Shown: positions 36,919-46,834, counted from the first letter of the stretch. The stretch is 64,000 nucleotides of DNA from Bacillota bacterium (GCA_023622515.1 JAMNZB010000057.1:16243-80242), one strand, 5' to 3'. Notes: generated from the letters alone by a model not told the origin. Made by a program: numbers and translations.

Positions 36919-36976
36919 TTGACAAAGTGAGCAGAAAGAGATATCTTATGTAGGCGCCAAAAGGCGTCTTATTTTT
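36919..36976 (+). promoter_or_regulatory. Candidate promoter plus terminator-like leader hairpin upstream of rplM (possible L13-type autoregulatory leader)
   Basis: TTGACA (36919..36924), a 17-nt spacer, then TATCTT. The hairpin AGGCGCC-aaaa-GGCGTCT (one G-U pair) follows, then TATTTTT, about 45 nt before the rplM ATG. Confidence 0.35.
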
Positions 36977-37019
36977 GTAATACGAAAGATTAAGATAGGA
37001 AAAAGAAGAGGGAGAAAGA

Positions 37020-37451
37020 ATGAAAACATATGTTCCAAAGGCTTCCGAAATAGAACGCAAATGGTTGCTTGTTGATGCAAAAGACCAAGTTGTCGGCCGT
37101 ATCGCAACTCAAATTGCCGCTCTGCTTCGTGGTAAGCATAAAGCTGAATACAGTCCTTTCCAAGACACCGGAGATTTCGTTATTGTCATTAATGCGGACA
37201 AAGTAAGGTTAACCGGTAACAAGGAACAACAAAAAGTCTACAGAAGACATTCCGGCTACATGGGCGGATTGAAAGAAGTTAGCTATCAAAATATGATGGA
37301 AAAGCATCCTGAGCGCATTATCGAAAAAGCTGTTAAAGGGATGCTTCCCCATAATAGCTTAGGTCGGCAAATGTATAGAAAATTAAAAGTGTATGCAGGG
37401 CCTGACCATCCACACGCTGCCCAACAACCGGAAGTGTATGAGTTGGATTAA
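37020..37451 (+). CDS. rplM: 50S ribosomal protein L13
   Basis: [35 protein letters not shown] and [20 protein letters not shown]. Confidence 0.97.
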   Translation: MKTYVPKASEIERKWLLVDAKDQVVGRIATQIAALLRGKHKAEYSPFQDTGDFVIVINADKVRLTGNKEQQKVYRRHSGYMGGLKEVSYQNMMEKHPERIIEKAVKGMLPHNSLGRQMYRKLKVYAGPDHPHAAQQPEVYELD

Positions 37452-37468
37452 GGAAAGGGGTATTATAA

Positions 37469-37867
37469 ATGGCCAATAAAGATTTTTTCTACGGTACAGG
37501 TAGACGTAAAAAAGCAATTGCTCGCGTAAGATTATATCCTGGTCAAGGTCAAATTATCATTAATGGCAAGGATATTGATGATTATTTTGAAATGGAAACC
37601 TTGAAATACATCGTCAGACAACCCTTGAACCTGACCGGCTCAAGCTCTGACTTTGATATTAAAATCAATGTCCATGGTGGTGGTATTTCCGGCCAGGCCG
37701 GTGCAATCCGTCACGGCATTTCCCGGGCCTTAGTTGAAGCAGACGCTGAAAAATATAAAGCAAGTCTGAAAAAAGCCGGTTTCTTAACTCGTGATTCCAG
37801 AGTTAAAGAACGTAAGAAATACGGTCTCAAGAAAGCCCGTAAAGCTTCTCAGTTCTCCAAACGTTAA
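37469..37867 (+). CDS. rpsI: 30S ribosomal protein S9
   Basis: [34 protein letters not shown] and the C-terminal [11 protein letters not shown]. Confidence 0.97.
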   Translation: MANKDFFYGTGRRKKAIARVRLYPGQGQIIINGKDIDDYFEMETLKYIVRQPLNLTGSSSDFDIKINVHGGGISGQAGAIRHGISRALVEADAEKYKASLKKAGFLTRDSRVKERKKYGLKKARKASQFSKR

Positions 37868-38409
37868 TGGAACAAGAAACGACAACATCGGGGGGCGCGG
37901 GTTTCCGCGCCTCTTATCTTTCGAGAAGTCCGGAAGAAACAGAAGAAATCGCATATTTGTTTGCCCCCTTGTTGGAAGAGGGCGATTTAATTCTTGCTTT
38001 TGGAGGGCTTGGAGCCGGGAAAACTTGCTTTGCCCGAGGTCTTGCCCGTGGCCTTGGAGTTCTTGGAGAAGTAGCCAGCCCCAGCTTTACCTATTTGCGT
38101 GAACACAGGCCCAAAGAGGAGGGCGGGCCGGCTTTTTATCATTTTGACTGCTACCGCCTCCATGATGCAGATGAATGGTTTGAACTCGGCTTTGATGAAT
38201 ATTTAGGCGGCCATGCTGTCAGCTATATAGAATGGCCGGAGCGTGTGCTCCCTTCCTTACCGAGCAAATATATTGCCATTTTTTCAGAAAATACGGACAA
38301 TCCCCGGGAGCGAATCTTTCACTTTGTATTTCCCGAGCAAGATAAGCGGCAGAAGGGTAAAATGTTGGAGGAGGCTCTTGCTGCTTTTGTGCGTGTAGAT
38401 GTTGTGTGA
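37867..38409 (+). CDS. tsaE: tRNA t6A biosynthesis ATPase TsaE
   Basis: P-loop GGLGAGKTCFARGLARGLG, SPSFTYLREH and HFDCYRL. The ATG shares one base with the rpsI stop (TAATG). Confidence 0.8.
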   Translation: MEQETTTSGGAGFRASYLSRSPEETEEIAYLFAPLLEEGDLILAFGGLGAGKTCFARGLARGLGVLGEVASPSFTYLREHRPKEEGGPAFYHFDCYRLHDADEWFELGFDEYLGGHAVSYIEWPERVLPSLPSKYIAIFSENTDNPRERIFHFVFPEQDKRQKGKMLEEALAAFVRVDVV

Positions 38410-38425
38410 AATATAAGGAAACTAT

Positions 38426-39604
38426 ATGCGTTGTTTAGCCATTGATAGTTCGACAAAAAGTTTATCTATTGCCATTACGGAAAATGGTAAGTTGCTTTGT
38501 GAGCGAAATCAGAATCTCGGCTTTACCCATTCTGAAACCCTTCTTCCGCAAATGTTAGCCCTACTTGAAGATGCCGGACTTTCCTTTGAAGATATGGATT
38601 TTTTTGCCGTAACCAGCGGTCCCGGCTCTTACACCGGTATCCGTATTGGCTTGAGTACCATGAAGAGCATTGCCTGGTACCTAAATAAGCCACTTTTTGC
38701 CTTTTCCGGCTTAAAAGTTATGAGCCGGGCTTTTGCCAATACAAATCAGTTCATTTTACCGTCTCTTGACGCCCGGAGTAAAAGAGTGTTTAGCGCCCTC
38801 TTTAAGGGGGAGAAGACAATCTTGCCGGAAGCAAATCGTACGAGCAACATTCTTCTTGAAGAGTTAAAGGATATCTTTTATGCAGGGAGGAGGGAGAAGC
38901 CTGAGCTCTATCTGCTTGGTGATGGCAGCCCGGTAATCTTCCGTGACTATAAAGAGGATCCGCTCAGTCAGGAACATGTTACTCTTGTGCAGATGGAGGA
39001 CGGTCTTGCGGGATTGCGGGCCTACCATCTAGCCAGATTGGCGGAAGAGGCCTATCAAAAAGGCCTTCGTCCCGGCTGGCAGGAAGCCGAGGCAAACTAT
39101 TGCTCGCCGACACAGGCGGAACGGGTTCGGCAAGAAAAACTTAGCCACATGCTTATTCGGAAAGCCAGCCTTCAGGATCTTGACCTTATCCACTATATTG
39201 AACGGATGACCTTCCCGACACCCTGGTCTAAAAGGTCCCTGCAAGCACAGCTTGACCCGGAAAACAAGCATGCCTATTTATATTTAATTTTTTCTGATGA
39301 GAGTGAAGAGGAAGTTTTAGGCTATGCCGGCTATTATATGCATCTTGATGAAGCGGAAATTCTCAATATTGCCGTTTTAGAAGAAGCCAGGCGGGCCGGT
39401 GTGGGAAGAAAACTTTTGCGCTATCTTTTGCAAGAGGCGAGAAAGTGCGGTGCGCTTCGTATTACCCTGGAAGTTAGAGAGAGTAATCTGCCCGCACAAA
39501 AACTATATTATTCGCTTGGTTTTCAAAAGTGTGGCATAAGGAAGGGCTACTACGACAAACCGCGTGAAGATGCCCTCATCCTGGAATTAGTCCTTACTGC
39601 CTAG
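38426..39604 (+). CDS. Fusion of TsaB (YeaZ-like t6A protein) and RimI-type GNAT acetyltransferase
   Basis: The N-terminal half is TsaB-like (MRCLAIDSSTKSLSIAI ... VTSGPGSYTGIRIGLST). The C-terminal ~150 aa is GNAT (ILNIAVLEEARRAGVGRKLLRYLL ... LEVRESNLPAQKLYYSLGF). Confidence 0.8.
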   Translation: MRCLAIDSSTKSLSIAITENGKLLCERNQNLGFTHSETLLPQMLALLEDAGLSFEDMDFFAVTSGPGSYTGIRIGLSTMKSIAWYLNKPLFAFSGLKVMSRAFANTNQFILPSLDARSKRVFSALFKGEKTILPEANRTSNILLEELKDIFYAGRREKPELYLLGDGSPVIFRDYKEDPLSQEHVTLVQMEDGLAGLRAYHLARLAEEAYQKGLRPGWQEAEANYCSPTQAERVRQEKLSHMLIRKASLQDLDLIHYIERMTFPTPWSKRSLQAQLDPENKHAYLYLIFSDESEEEVLGYAGYYMHLDEAEILNIAVLEEARRAGVGRKLLRYLLQEARKCGALRITLEVRESNLPAQKLYYSLGFQKCGIRKGYYDKPREDALILELVLTA

Positions 39605-39740
39605 GCTTTCAGGCTAATATCCGACCACCATTGCTCAGACTGATATCCGGCCACCATTGCTGTGATAAATTAGGCACAAGGCATGAGCCAAGGCAGCAAG
39701 ACCGCCTTTGGCAAACCCATCTCCGATACTGATTGATTCT

Positions 39741-41387
39741 TTATGCTTTAGCCCTTAAAATGGCCTGGGTTGTAAGGGGGATGACTTGCTTTTTACGTGA
39801 GAGTACACCTACAGCATCAAAAGCTTGTTCATCCAAAGAACTTCCAAATGTACGGGCAATTTCACTATCAAAGGCTCCAACAACCAAGATGCGAGACATT
39901 TCTTTGAAAACATCTGTAAAGACAAGGAGATAGGTGGAAAGTCCGGCAAGCAGCAAGTCCTCCTGCATCTGTGCAATTAATTCAGACTTGCGAGACTCTA
40001 AATCATCGAGATTCATGGTAAAGACTTGGGCTACCCGCACGAGTTCGCCATCAATCTCAAAATCCTTTACATCTTCGGCCAGTAGGCTTTTGGCATCTTT
40101 TCCTTCAAGTGAAGTGCCTGCTTGGAACATTTCTTGGGCAAAACTCGGAATATCAAGGTTGGCAATCTGGGCCATCCGCCGCAACATACGCCGGTCGTCA
40201 TCAGTGGTTGTCGGGGACCTCAGCATCAAGGTATCGGAGATTATGGCCCCGCAAAGTAGTCCGGCAATCTGCCTTTTCGGATGGATTCCCTGTTCAAAGT
40301 ACATCATGGAGATAATCGTTGCCGTCGATCCCACCGGGACATTGCGAAAATAAATGGGTTGTGGTGTGTTGATATTAGCGACCCGATGATGATCAATGAT
40401 TTCAATAATTTCGGCAGAATCAAGATCCGGTACAGATTGGTTGCGCTCATTGTGGTCGACCAGAATGATCTTCTTCTTGGGTGTGGCAATCAAATGATAA
40501 CGGGCAATGCTCCCCAAAACCTGACCTTTCTGATTGACAACGGGGTAGGAGCGATAGCGGGTTTGCCCCATTACGCTCCTAAGTTCGTCAATCGTATCAT
40601 TTTCTTGGAAGGTTACCAGGTCTTCTTGACTCATTATATAAGAGACGGGTACCGCCAGAGGTAGGAGTCGTGCCGCAAGAAAGGTATCCATTGCGGTACG
40701 GATGACCGTGATCTCGTTCTGCTGTGCCAGCTCTAAATGCTCAGCAGACAGAGTTGCGTCAACGGTCAGAATCAAGAGGCTTACCCGTCGTTTAATCGCC
40801 TCCCCTTGTGCGTTCTCACGATTGCCTACAATGACGATATCGTCAGCTAGGATGTGGTTGCCCACGCTTTCCGGCTCCATGGCAAAGACGGTCATCCGGC
40901 CTGTAAAGGCGCGGGGTGGGTCAGGGCTGCAGAGAATTTCTCCCCGCAGAACTTCGAGAATGTTCATTAAGGGTGTCTCTGCCCGTCCCAAAATCCGGTT
41001 ATCCCATAAGTCCATATAACCACGGGTCAGGTTTGAAAAGGAAACAACACCAAGCAGGGTCTCTTTGTCGTCGACCACATTTAAATTGGGTAAGTGCTCA
41101 TTTTGCAGTAAGGTCAGCGCCTTGTACATGGTTGTAGTTGGGGCAATAGGATAGGGCGGGTCATATTGAAAGTCTTTGACTTGAGGCTTCATGGTATCAA
41201 TCAGCTTCGGTGGATCGACCTCAAACTTTTCCAAGAGAAAGCGGGTCTCCCGATTCAGTTCACCCAGACGCACGGGGATGGCATGGTAGGCCCCTCGTTT
41301 ATTCTTTAAATCCGCATAGGCAATGGCTGATACGATGGAGTCCGTATCGGGATTGCGGTGGCCTGTAATGTAAATTGTTTCTTTCAT
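39741..41387 (-). CDS. CBS-domain-containing family II (DHH) inorganic pyrophosphatase
   Basis: The DHH N-terminus is ITGHRNPDTDSIVSAIAYA. An internal CBS/DRTGG insert is followed by VDHNE, IIDHHR and a DHHA2-like C-terminus; 548 aa. Confidence 0.82.
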   Translation of the reverse strand: MKETIYITGHRNPDTDSIVSAIAYADLKNKRGAYHAIPVRLGELNRETRFLLEKFEVDPPKLIDTMKPQVKDFQYDPPYPIAPTTTMYKALTLLQNEHLPNLNVVDDKETLLGVVSFSNLTRGYMDLWDNRILGRAETPLMNILEVLRGEILCSPDPPRAFTGRMTVFAMEPESVGNHILADDIVIVGNRENAQGEAIKRRVSLLILTVDATLSAEHLELAQQNEITVIRTAMDTFLAARLLPLAVPVSYIMSQEDLVTFQENDTIDELRSVMGQTRYRSYPVVNQKGQVLGSIARYHLIATPKKKIILVDHNERNQSVPDLDSAEIIEIIDHHRVANINTPQPIYFRNVPVGSTATIISMMYFEQGIHPKRQIAGLLCGAIISDTLMLRSPTTTDDDRRMLRRMAQIANLDIPSFAQEMFQAGTSLEGKDAKSLLAEDVKDFEIDGELVRVAQVFTMNLDDLESRKSELIAQMQEDLLLAGLSTYLLVFTDVFKEMSRILVVGAFDSEIARTFGSSLDEQAFDAVGVLSRKKQVIPLTTQAILRAKA

Positions 41388-41490
41388 CGATAAACTCCGA
41401 TTCTGTTTCCTTTCTCATTTATGCAAATCATTATCTGTCATTTTCGGTGTATCTTCAATCAGAATTTAGATTATATATCAGCTTTTATTT

Positions 41491-42165
41491 CTAAATTAGT
41501 TCGAACAACATGAAAAAGGAAGCAAAAAGATTTGTGATAGCATGCGCAACAATTGATGTTGAAACTTGGCTGCCATTTTTTAAATAGATATGTGTGAGAG
41601 CTATGGACAGCGGTAAATAGTAAATCACGGATGCTATGTTTTTCGGATTAGTTAGATCTACGTGCATGGCTGCAAAAAAGATGACCGAAAGCGTCGCCAG
41701 GGCAAATAATAAGGAACGCTTTTCCTTATCAACCCAACCAAGAAGTGCTTCGCGAAAAACTGCTTCCTCAATCAGCGGTGCAAAGGCTGACATCATGAGA
41801 AAGGTGAACACAAGGGGAATAGCGTCTTGGACTTGCTTAATGTTTTCCGTGTTTTGAGGAAGGATATTTATATCAAAAATGAGCCCCATAAGATTACTGA
41901 TTAAAATAGTTCCTATATAGCCGATCAGCATTGGCAGGCATATTTTTTTTAGTAAAAAAGGGGGGTCTGTCAGCTTATCTTTCATAGTACGAAAGCTTTC
42001 GAGGATAGGATTTTTATAGAGATAAGCTATGATGACAGCTAAGATTAAATATACGTAGAAGGAGGCCCACTCAGGGCTCACATTATGCGTTAAGACCAAA
42101 TAGTCCCACAGGCCATGGTTGATGGCAAAAAATATTAAAAGAGAAAAAAGACCTTTCATTATCAT
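41491..42165 (-). CDS. CPBP-family (CAAX/Abi) intramembrane metalloprotease
   Basis: A polytopic membrane protein with the EExxxR motif APLIEEAVFREALL, FAAMH, and the distal HAITN motif. Confidence 0.75.
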   Translation of the reverse strand: MIMKGLFSLLIFFAINHGLWDYLVLTHNVSPEWASFYVYLILAVIIAYLYKNPILESFRTMKDKLTDPPFLLKKICLPMLIGYIGTILISNLMGLIFDINILPQNTENIKQVQDAIPLVFTFLMMSAFAPLIEEAVFREALLGWVDKEKRSLLFALATLSVIFFAAMHVDLTNPKNIASVIYYLPLSIALTHIYLKNGSQVSTSIVAHAITNLFASFFMLFELI

Positions 42166-42292
42166 CCGCTTGCACCTCGTAGAAATAAACCTTACTTAAT
42201 ACCGGCAAAGCCTTTGCCTTGCTTAAGACAGACCCATGTTATCATTTTTATGTAAATAGTAGATTAAGACCGGTTTTTTCTAGCTTAGCTGT

Positions 42293-43069
42293 TTACTCAC
42301 TAGCTTTTTGTATCAGGGAGATGACCCTCTCATCCTTTAAATAGTGTTCATGGTCAATGTCCGGAAAAATCTTTAAATCGGGGGACTTGTAGCATTGGGC
42401 TAATTTGGCTTGGAGGTCACTTCCTAGAGTCTTGTCTGCATCAGATCCTATAATTGTTACCGGGCAGGTTGTTTGCGCGGCATATTCACTGACGACCATA
42501 TTGTCAGAGATAAAAACTTTTAAGGGGCCTAAAAATACAGGTAGAATCTTATTATAGAGATCAGAGAGGTCGCGGAAGCCGGAGAGCAAAAACAGATGGT
42601 CGCAGCTGCGAACAGAGGCAAGGTAGGCGGCCATACCACAGCCATAGCTATGGCCGACGACAATAATCTTTCGGTCCGGATACTCTTCCTTTGCCCAATC
42701 GTAGAGTCCCTCGGCTGATGCCTGCATCGAAGGCAGGTTCATTTTACCTTGACTATCTTGTGTCCCGTAATAATCAACAGCAAGAAAGGGAACATGGTAG
42801 TCGGCAGCGAAAAGGCTGACCGTATTGTAGGCGACATAAAAAGAGCCGCCAAAGCATAAAATAAGGGAGTTGGAGTCCTTAGCCAGATTATGGCCATAGC
42901 CGGTTAGCTTGTCGGTGTAGTAGATTTTTTGCGGGATTACATGGACCTTTTCCATCTGTCGATTTCCCTTGTAAAAAGAGTAGGAAATGGTGCGAAAAAC
43001 ATAATTTACAAGAAAACCGCTTATCAAAAGCCACATAATAATTTTTAATATAAATCTCATGACTTTCAT
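42293..43069 (-). CDS. Alpha/beta hydrolase with N-terminal membrane anchor
   Basis: It has an N-terminal TM helix, the nucleophile elbow GHSYGCGMAA, and later D (GSDADK) and H (DHEHY) candidates for the catalytic triad. Confidence 0.7.
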   Translation of the reverse strand: MKVMRFILKIIMWLLISGFLVNYVFRTISYSFYKGNRQMEKVHVIPQKIYYTDKLTGYGHNLAKDSNSLILCFGGSFYVAYNTVSLFAADYHVPFLAVDYYGTQDSQGKMNLPSMQASAEGLYDWAKEEYPDRKIIVVGHSYGCGMAAYLASVRSCDHLFLLSGFRDLSDLYNKILPVFLGPLKVFISDNMVVSEYAAQTTCPVTIIGSDADKTLGSDLQAKLAQCYKSPDLKIFPDIDHEHYLKDERVISLIQKASE

Positions 43070-43344
43070 TTTTTCACCGCTAGCTGCCTACTGTTTCTTC
43101 AGGGCTTTTTGTTCAGTGGCACTTATGACCAGGCATTTCATTTTCTTGCCCTCCCAATTAGCAAAAGCTTCTTCTCATAGATTAAAAAGTGCTTATTCTT
43201 TATCTCCAAGGATTGAAATCATTTTAGCATTTCATTGTTAATTGTAGGTCAAGAAAGGTATACGTGTAGTCATGGGAGAGGGTAATAACATTTAACTTTC
43301 CTCTTTCCATCACAACCTACTCAAATTTGGCTTGTTTTTCTATT

Positions 43345-43375
43345 GAATCCCTTTAGCACACAAGATCTTGTGTGC
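43345..43375 (+). terminator. Strong + strand rho-independent terminator with no annotated + strand gene upstream
   Basis: A 9-bp stem AGCACACAA / TTGTGTGCT with a GATC loop, followed by TTTTTGTTTG on the + strand. The opposite orientation has no U-tract. Confidence 0.5.
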
Positions 43376-43451
43376 TTTTTTGTTTGTCAAGTGTCTTTTA
43401 CATTTCCATTCTCCGCAGTGCTCCCTTAGAAAAATTCCTAGCCTCCCGAAT

Positions 43452-44648
43452 TTAGGGTTTTGCTAAAAGTTTCTCATAACTTTTATCAATCGCAAGGGCG
43501 CCCAATGGAGCGGTTACTACTATCGATAAAACAGCTACGGATAGTATGAGCTTCCCGCTTGGCAATCCGGCAGCTAGAGGTATACTTCCTATTGCAGCTT
43601 GTACAGTTGCTTTTGGCAAATAAGAAATAACACAGAATAGTTTTTCTTTTGGATTATAATCTGTGCCAAATAAGCAAATGAATACGCCTAAACTCCTAAA
43701 AACAAGGGCGAGACCTATCATAATCAGAGCTGGAAAACCTGCCTTCAAGGTATAGCGAATGTCAACAGTGGCTCCTACTAAAACGAAGAGCATGAGCTCA
43801 GCAGCAAGCCATAGTTTGCCAAATTTAGCGGAAAGTCTCTGTGATACAAAATCTATGCTCTTAAGTTTCAAGACGACCGCCATACTCATCACGGCAAGTA
43901 AGCCGGAAAAGAATCCCTGACTTAAACTTTCTATTGACATAAGGGAGAAAGAAATGCCTAAAATAACAATGACTTTCAAACTGTTTCGCACATGTTTTTC
44001 TCTAGCATAGGCTGTTTCAAACAATGTAAATAGACCATAACCTAGCAGTGAGCCTATTAATATTCCTACCAATACAGATGTGGGGATTTTTATTAAACTG
44101 GTAAAATTGAAATGGGTCTCATCTCCCTTAGCCATAGATAATAATGTTGTAAACAGCACAATTACATAAATATCATCACAGGATGCCCCGGCCATAATAA
44201 GTTGCGGAATTCGCTTTTTTGTACCGTAATTGGACTCAAGCAAATGCACCATTCGCGGAACAACGACAGCAGGTGAAATAGCCGAGAGCACACTTCCTAG
44301 CAGGGCACTTTCCAATAAGGAAAGGCCAAGGAGGCTAGGAGCAAAAAATAGATAGGCAATGATTTCAAAGCTTGCCGGTAAAATGGCCATAAGCAATGCA
44401 GGACGGCCAATTTCTTTTAAATCAGCAAGATCCAATGATAAACCGGCTTTCAATAAAATTATGATTAAGGCAATTGTTCTTAAATCAATTGAAATAGAAA
44501 GGATTGAAGCATCAAGCAGGTTTAGTCCATAGGGCCCAAGAACAATTCCTGTAAACAGCATACCTATAAGCCCAGGAATATTAAATCGTTTACATAATGC
44601 AGAAAAAATTAAGCCAAGCAGAAAGATTAAAGATAATGACGTTAACAT
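43452..44648 (-). CDS. Cation:proton antiporter (Na+/H+ exchanger family)
   Basis: About 12 TM helices. The ATG at 44648 follows GGAGGGGG (MLTSLSLIFLLGLIFSALCKRFNIPGLIGMLFTGIVLGPYGLN is a typical CPA N-terminus). The longer ORF reaching 44756 lacks an RBS. Confidence 0.8.
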   Translation of the reverse strand: MLTSLSLIFLLGLIFSALCKRFNIPGLIGMLFTGIVLGPYGLNLLDASILSISIDLRTIALIIILLKAGLSLDLADLKEIGRPALLMAILPASFEIIAYLFFAPSLLGLSLLESALLGSVLSAISPAVVVPRMVHLLESNYGTKKRIPQLIMAGASCDDIYVIVLFTTLLSMAKGDETHFNFTSLIKIPTSVLVGILIGSLLGYGLFTLFETAYAREKHVRNSLKVIVILGISFSLMSIESLSQGFFSGLLAVMSMAVVLKLKSIDFVSQRLSAKFGKLWLAAELMLFVLVGATVDIRYTLKAGFPALIMIGLALVFRSLGVFICLFGTDYNPKEKLFCVISYLPKATVQAAIGSIPLAAGLPSGKLILSVAVLSIVVTAPLGALAIDKSYEKLLAKP

Positions 44649-44997
44649 TGCTTTCCCCCTCCGGAAACTCGAAAAAGATGAGATTCCACAAAATAAGTAG
44701 TAGAAGTCATCAGCTAAACAGCAGTTCCGGTTTCCCGCGGGAGACATCATTCCCATTAAGAAGGCATTATATCAAGATAAAGTAGGATTGTATAGCAGAG
44801 GAGGCTAACCCTAATAACGACTTTAAACAATATTGTTAATTAATATACAAATTGTGTTTGCGTTGCTATAAAGTAACTTGAACAAGTATCCTTTTATAGG
44901 GGGGATTACGCAGTATACAAAGCTGCGTAAGGATAAAGGCAAATATATTATACAAAATAGACAATAAATTTCTTCAGAAAATTGACAAAAATAGCAA

Positions 44998-45026
44998 TTT
45001 GCAAAAAAGTTTATCTGTAGTATAAT
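44998..45026 (+). promoter_or_regulatory. Candidate promoter of the peptide/nickel-type ABC importer operon
   Basis: TTTGCA, a 17-nt spacer, then TATAAT (45021..45026), about 100 nt upstream of the SBP gene. Confidence 0.4.
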
Positions 45027-45126
45027 CGTAACCAGCTACGGGTCATAAATAAATTTACCGTGACCCTCGACTCGAGTTCGTAATTTTATGCAGTAATCGG
45101 AATTCGAGTAAAAAAAGGAGGATTAA

Positions 45127-46704
45127 ATGAAAAGAAGAAAACTACTTAGTATCATTCTTAGCCTAGCCGTCCTGGTAGGGATATTCGGTGGATTTGCAGG
45201 CGTAAGCTTTGCAGAAGATGCCGAAAAACCTGAACCCGCAGAAGAACAAAAAGAGATTCGTGCACCCTTAGTAGCAGCAGCCTCTACAACCGATCCCTTT
45301 GCCCACTCTAACGTTAATGACAGACAATGGCACCTAAATGTTTTCGAGCCACTTGTTTCCTATAACGGTGTTTTAGATGAGTATGAAGGTCGCGTTGCCG
45401 AAGCCTGGGAAGCCAATGACGAAGCAACGGAATTTATTTTCCATATCCGTGAAGGTGTCAAGTTCCACAACGGAAGAGATTGTAAAGCCGAAGAAGTAAA
45501 ACGTTCTATTGAATATGGAATGCAAAGCCCCTTTAACAAAATCTATTCCGGTGATATTAAAGAGATGGAAGTACTCGATGAGTATACCCTCAAAGTCACA
45601 CTGAATAACCCCAACGCAGCTTTCCTACATAACAATGACAGAATTTTCATCATGGACGTTGAAGAAGCAGAAGAGCAAGGTGATGACTATGGTGTTATTG
45701 CCAACCTCTCCGGTACCGGTCCTTTCAAAATCGACTACTATGTTTCTGATGTAGAAATTAAGTTGGTTAGAAATGATGATTACTACTTAGGCGCCTCTCT
45801 CATCCCCAGCATTCACTTCCGTGTTATGACTGACGTCAATGCTCAGTTAATGGCATTTGAAGCAGGTGACTTAGACTTTGTCAGTGTTCCGTCTGCAAAC
45901 TTCGACTTTATTCAGTCTTCCGGTTTGTATAACACACACTTGGGGCAAACCTCTCAAAACGTACACATTTGTGTTAACCACAAGGCCAATGACATCTTAG
46001 CTAACAAGTTAGTCCGTCAGGCTCTTGCTTATGCAATTGACTATGAAGCCGTTAACCTGGCCAGCTTTGAAGGCTATGCCTCAACGAACGGTAAAATCAT
46101 GTATCAACCCCTCACCATTGCTGCACCGGATGAAGAAGGTATCGTTTACGAATACAATCCTGAAAAAGCAAAAGAACTCTTGGCAGAAGCCGGTTATCCG
46201 GATGGAGTCCATGTTGGTGAGTTAGCGGCTATTGCCAGCGGTTCCCACGAAAAAATGGCTCAAGCCATTCACGCCCAATGGGCAGAAGTAGGTATTGATT
46301 GTGACCTGCAAACCTATGAGCAAGTTACACTTATCGCCGACATGCGCGCAGGCAAATACGAACTGGGTGTCATGGGTATCTACAACATGCTCGACTTCGA
46401 CTATATCAACATGAGTATCGGAACGGATGCGGAAGAAGCTAAGATGATGAAAATTAGCAACTCGGAAGACTTCGATTGGGAAAGAATTGATGAACTTCTG
46501 AAACTTGGTAGAAGCACTCTTGACCTCGAAGAAAGAAAAGCCTACTACAAAGAACTGGATGACATCGTCATGGACGCAGCCATCTTCCTTCCCTTACTCC
46601 ATACAGCACTGGCTTATGCATGGGACGAAGACCTGTATGTTAATACAGACAAATCTTATACCTATCAATACACAAGCTTCTGGGATGCCTACTGGACAAA
46701 GTAA
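45127..46704 (+). CDS. ABC transporter substrate-binding protein, family 5 (Opp/Dpp/Nik type)
   Basis: 525 aa with a signal peptide. The family-5 SBP pattern is present (VKFHNGRDCKAEEV, VRQALAYAIDYEAV), and the gene is followed by two permeases and two ATPases. Confidence 0.88.
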   Translation: MKRRKLLSIILSLAVLVGIFGGFAGVSFAEDAEKPEPAEEQKEIRAPLVAAASTTDPFAHSNVNDRQWHLNVFEPLVSYNGVLDEYEGRVAEAWEANDEATEFIFHIREGVKFHNGRDCKAEEVKRSIEYGMQSPFNKIYSGDIKEMEVLDEYTLKVTLNNPNAAFLHNNDRIFIMDVEEAEEQGDDYGVIANLSGTGPFKIDYYVSDVEIKLVRNDDYYLGASLIPSIHFRVMTDVNAQLMAFEAGDLDFVSVPSANFDFIQSSGLYNTHLGQTSQNVHICVNHKANDILANKLVRQALAYAIDYEAVNLASFEGYASTNGKIMYQPLTIAAPDEEGIVYEYNPEKAKELLAEAGYPDGVHVGELAAIASGSHEKMAQAIHAQWAEVGIDCDLQTYEQVTLIADMRAGKYELGVMGIYNMLDFDYINMSIGTDAEEAKMMKISNSEDFDWERIDELLKLGRSTLDLEERKAYYKELDDIVMDAAIFLPLLHTALAYAWDEDLYVNTDKSYTYQYTSFWDAYWTK

Positions 46705-46782
46705 TCTAAAAGGCTAATCGGATAAGGAAAAAACTCCTTTATCTGAACATTTGTAAAAGATTGATATTTAAATACGGAGTAC

Positions 46783-46806
46783 GGAGTGAGCCCTAGGGCT
46801 CACTCC
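46783..46806 (+). terminator. Intra-operon stem-loop after the SBP gene (attenuator or mRNA-stabilising hairpin)
   Basis: A perfect 10-bp stem GGAGTGAGCC / GGCTCACTCC with a CTAG loop. Only a weak T-tract (TTGCTTG) follows. Confidence 0.5.
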
Positions 46807-46834
46807 TTGCTTGCGAATCGGAGCGTAACGTAAT

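Noticed and set aside
41491-43069. CPBP (Abi-type) protease plus hydrolase as a bacteriocin immunity locus
   Set aside because: I saw no small double-glycine or lantibiotic-type precursor ORF, ABC exporter or modification enzyme in the flanking gaps (41388..41490, 42166..42292, 43070..43451).
43059-43241. 60-aa + strand ORF as the product of the orphan + strand transcript
   Set aside because: It has no RBS, starts inside the hydrolase coding region, has hydrophobic and low-information composition, and ends ~100 nt before the terminator.
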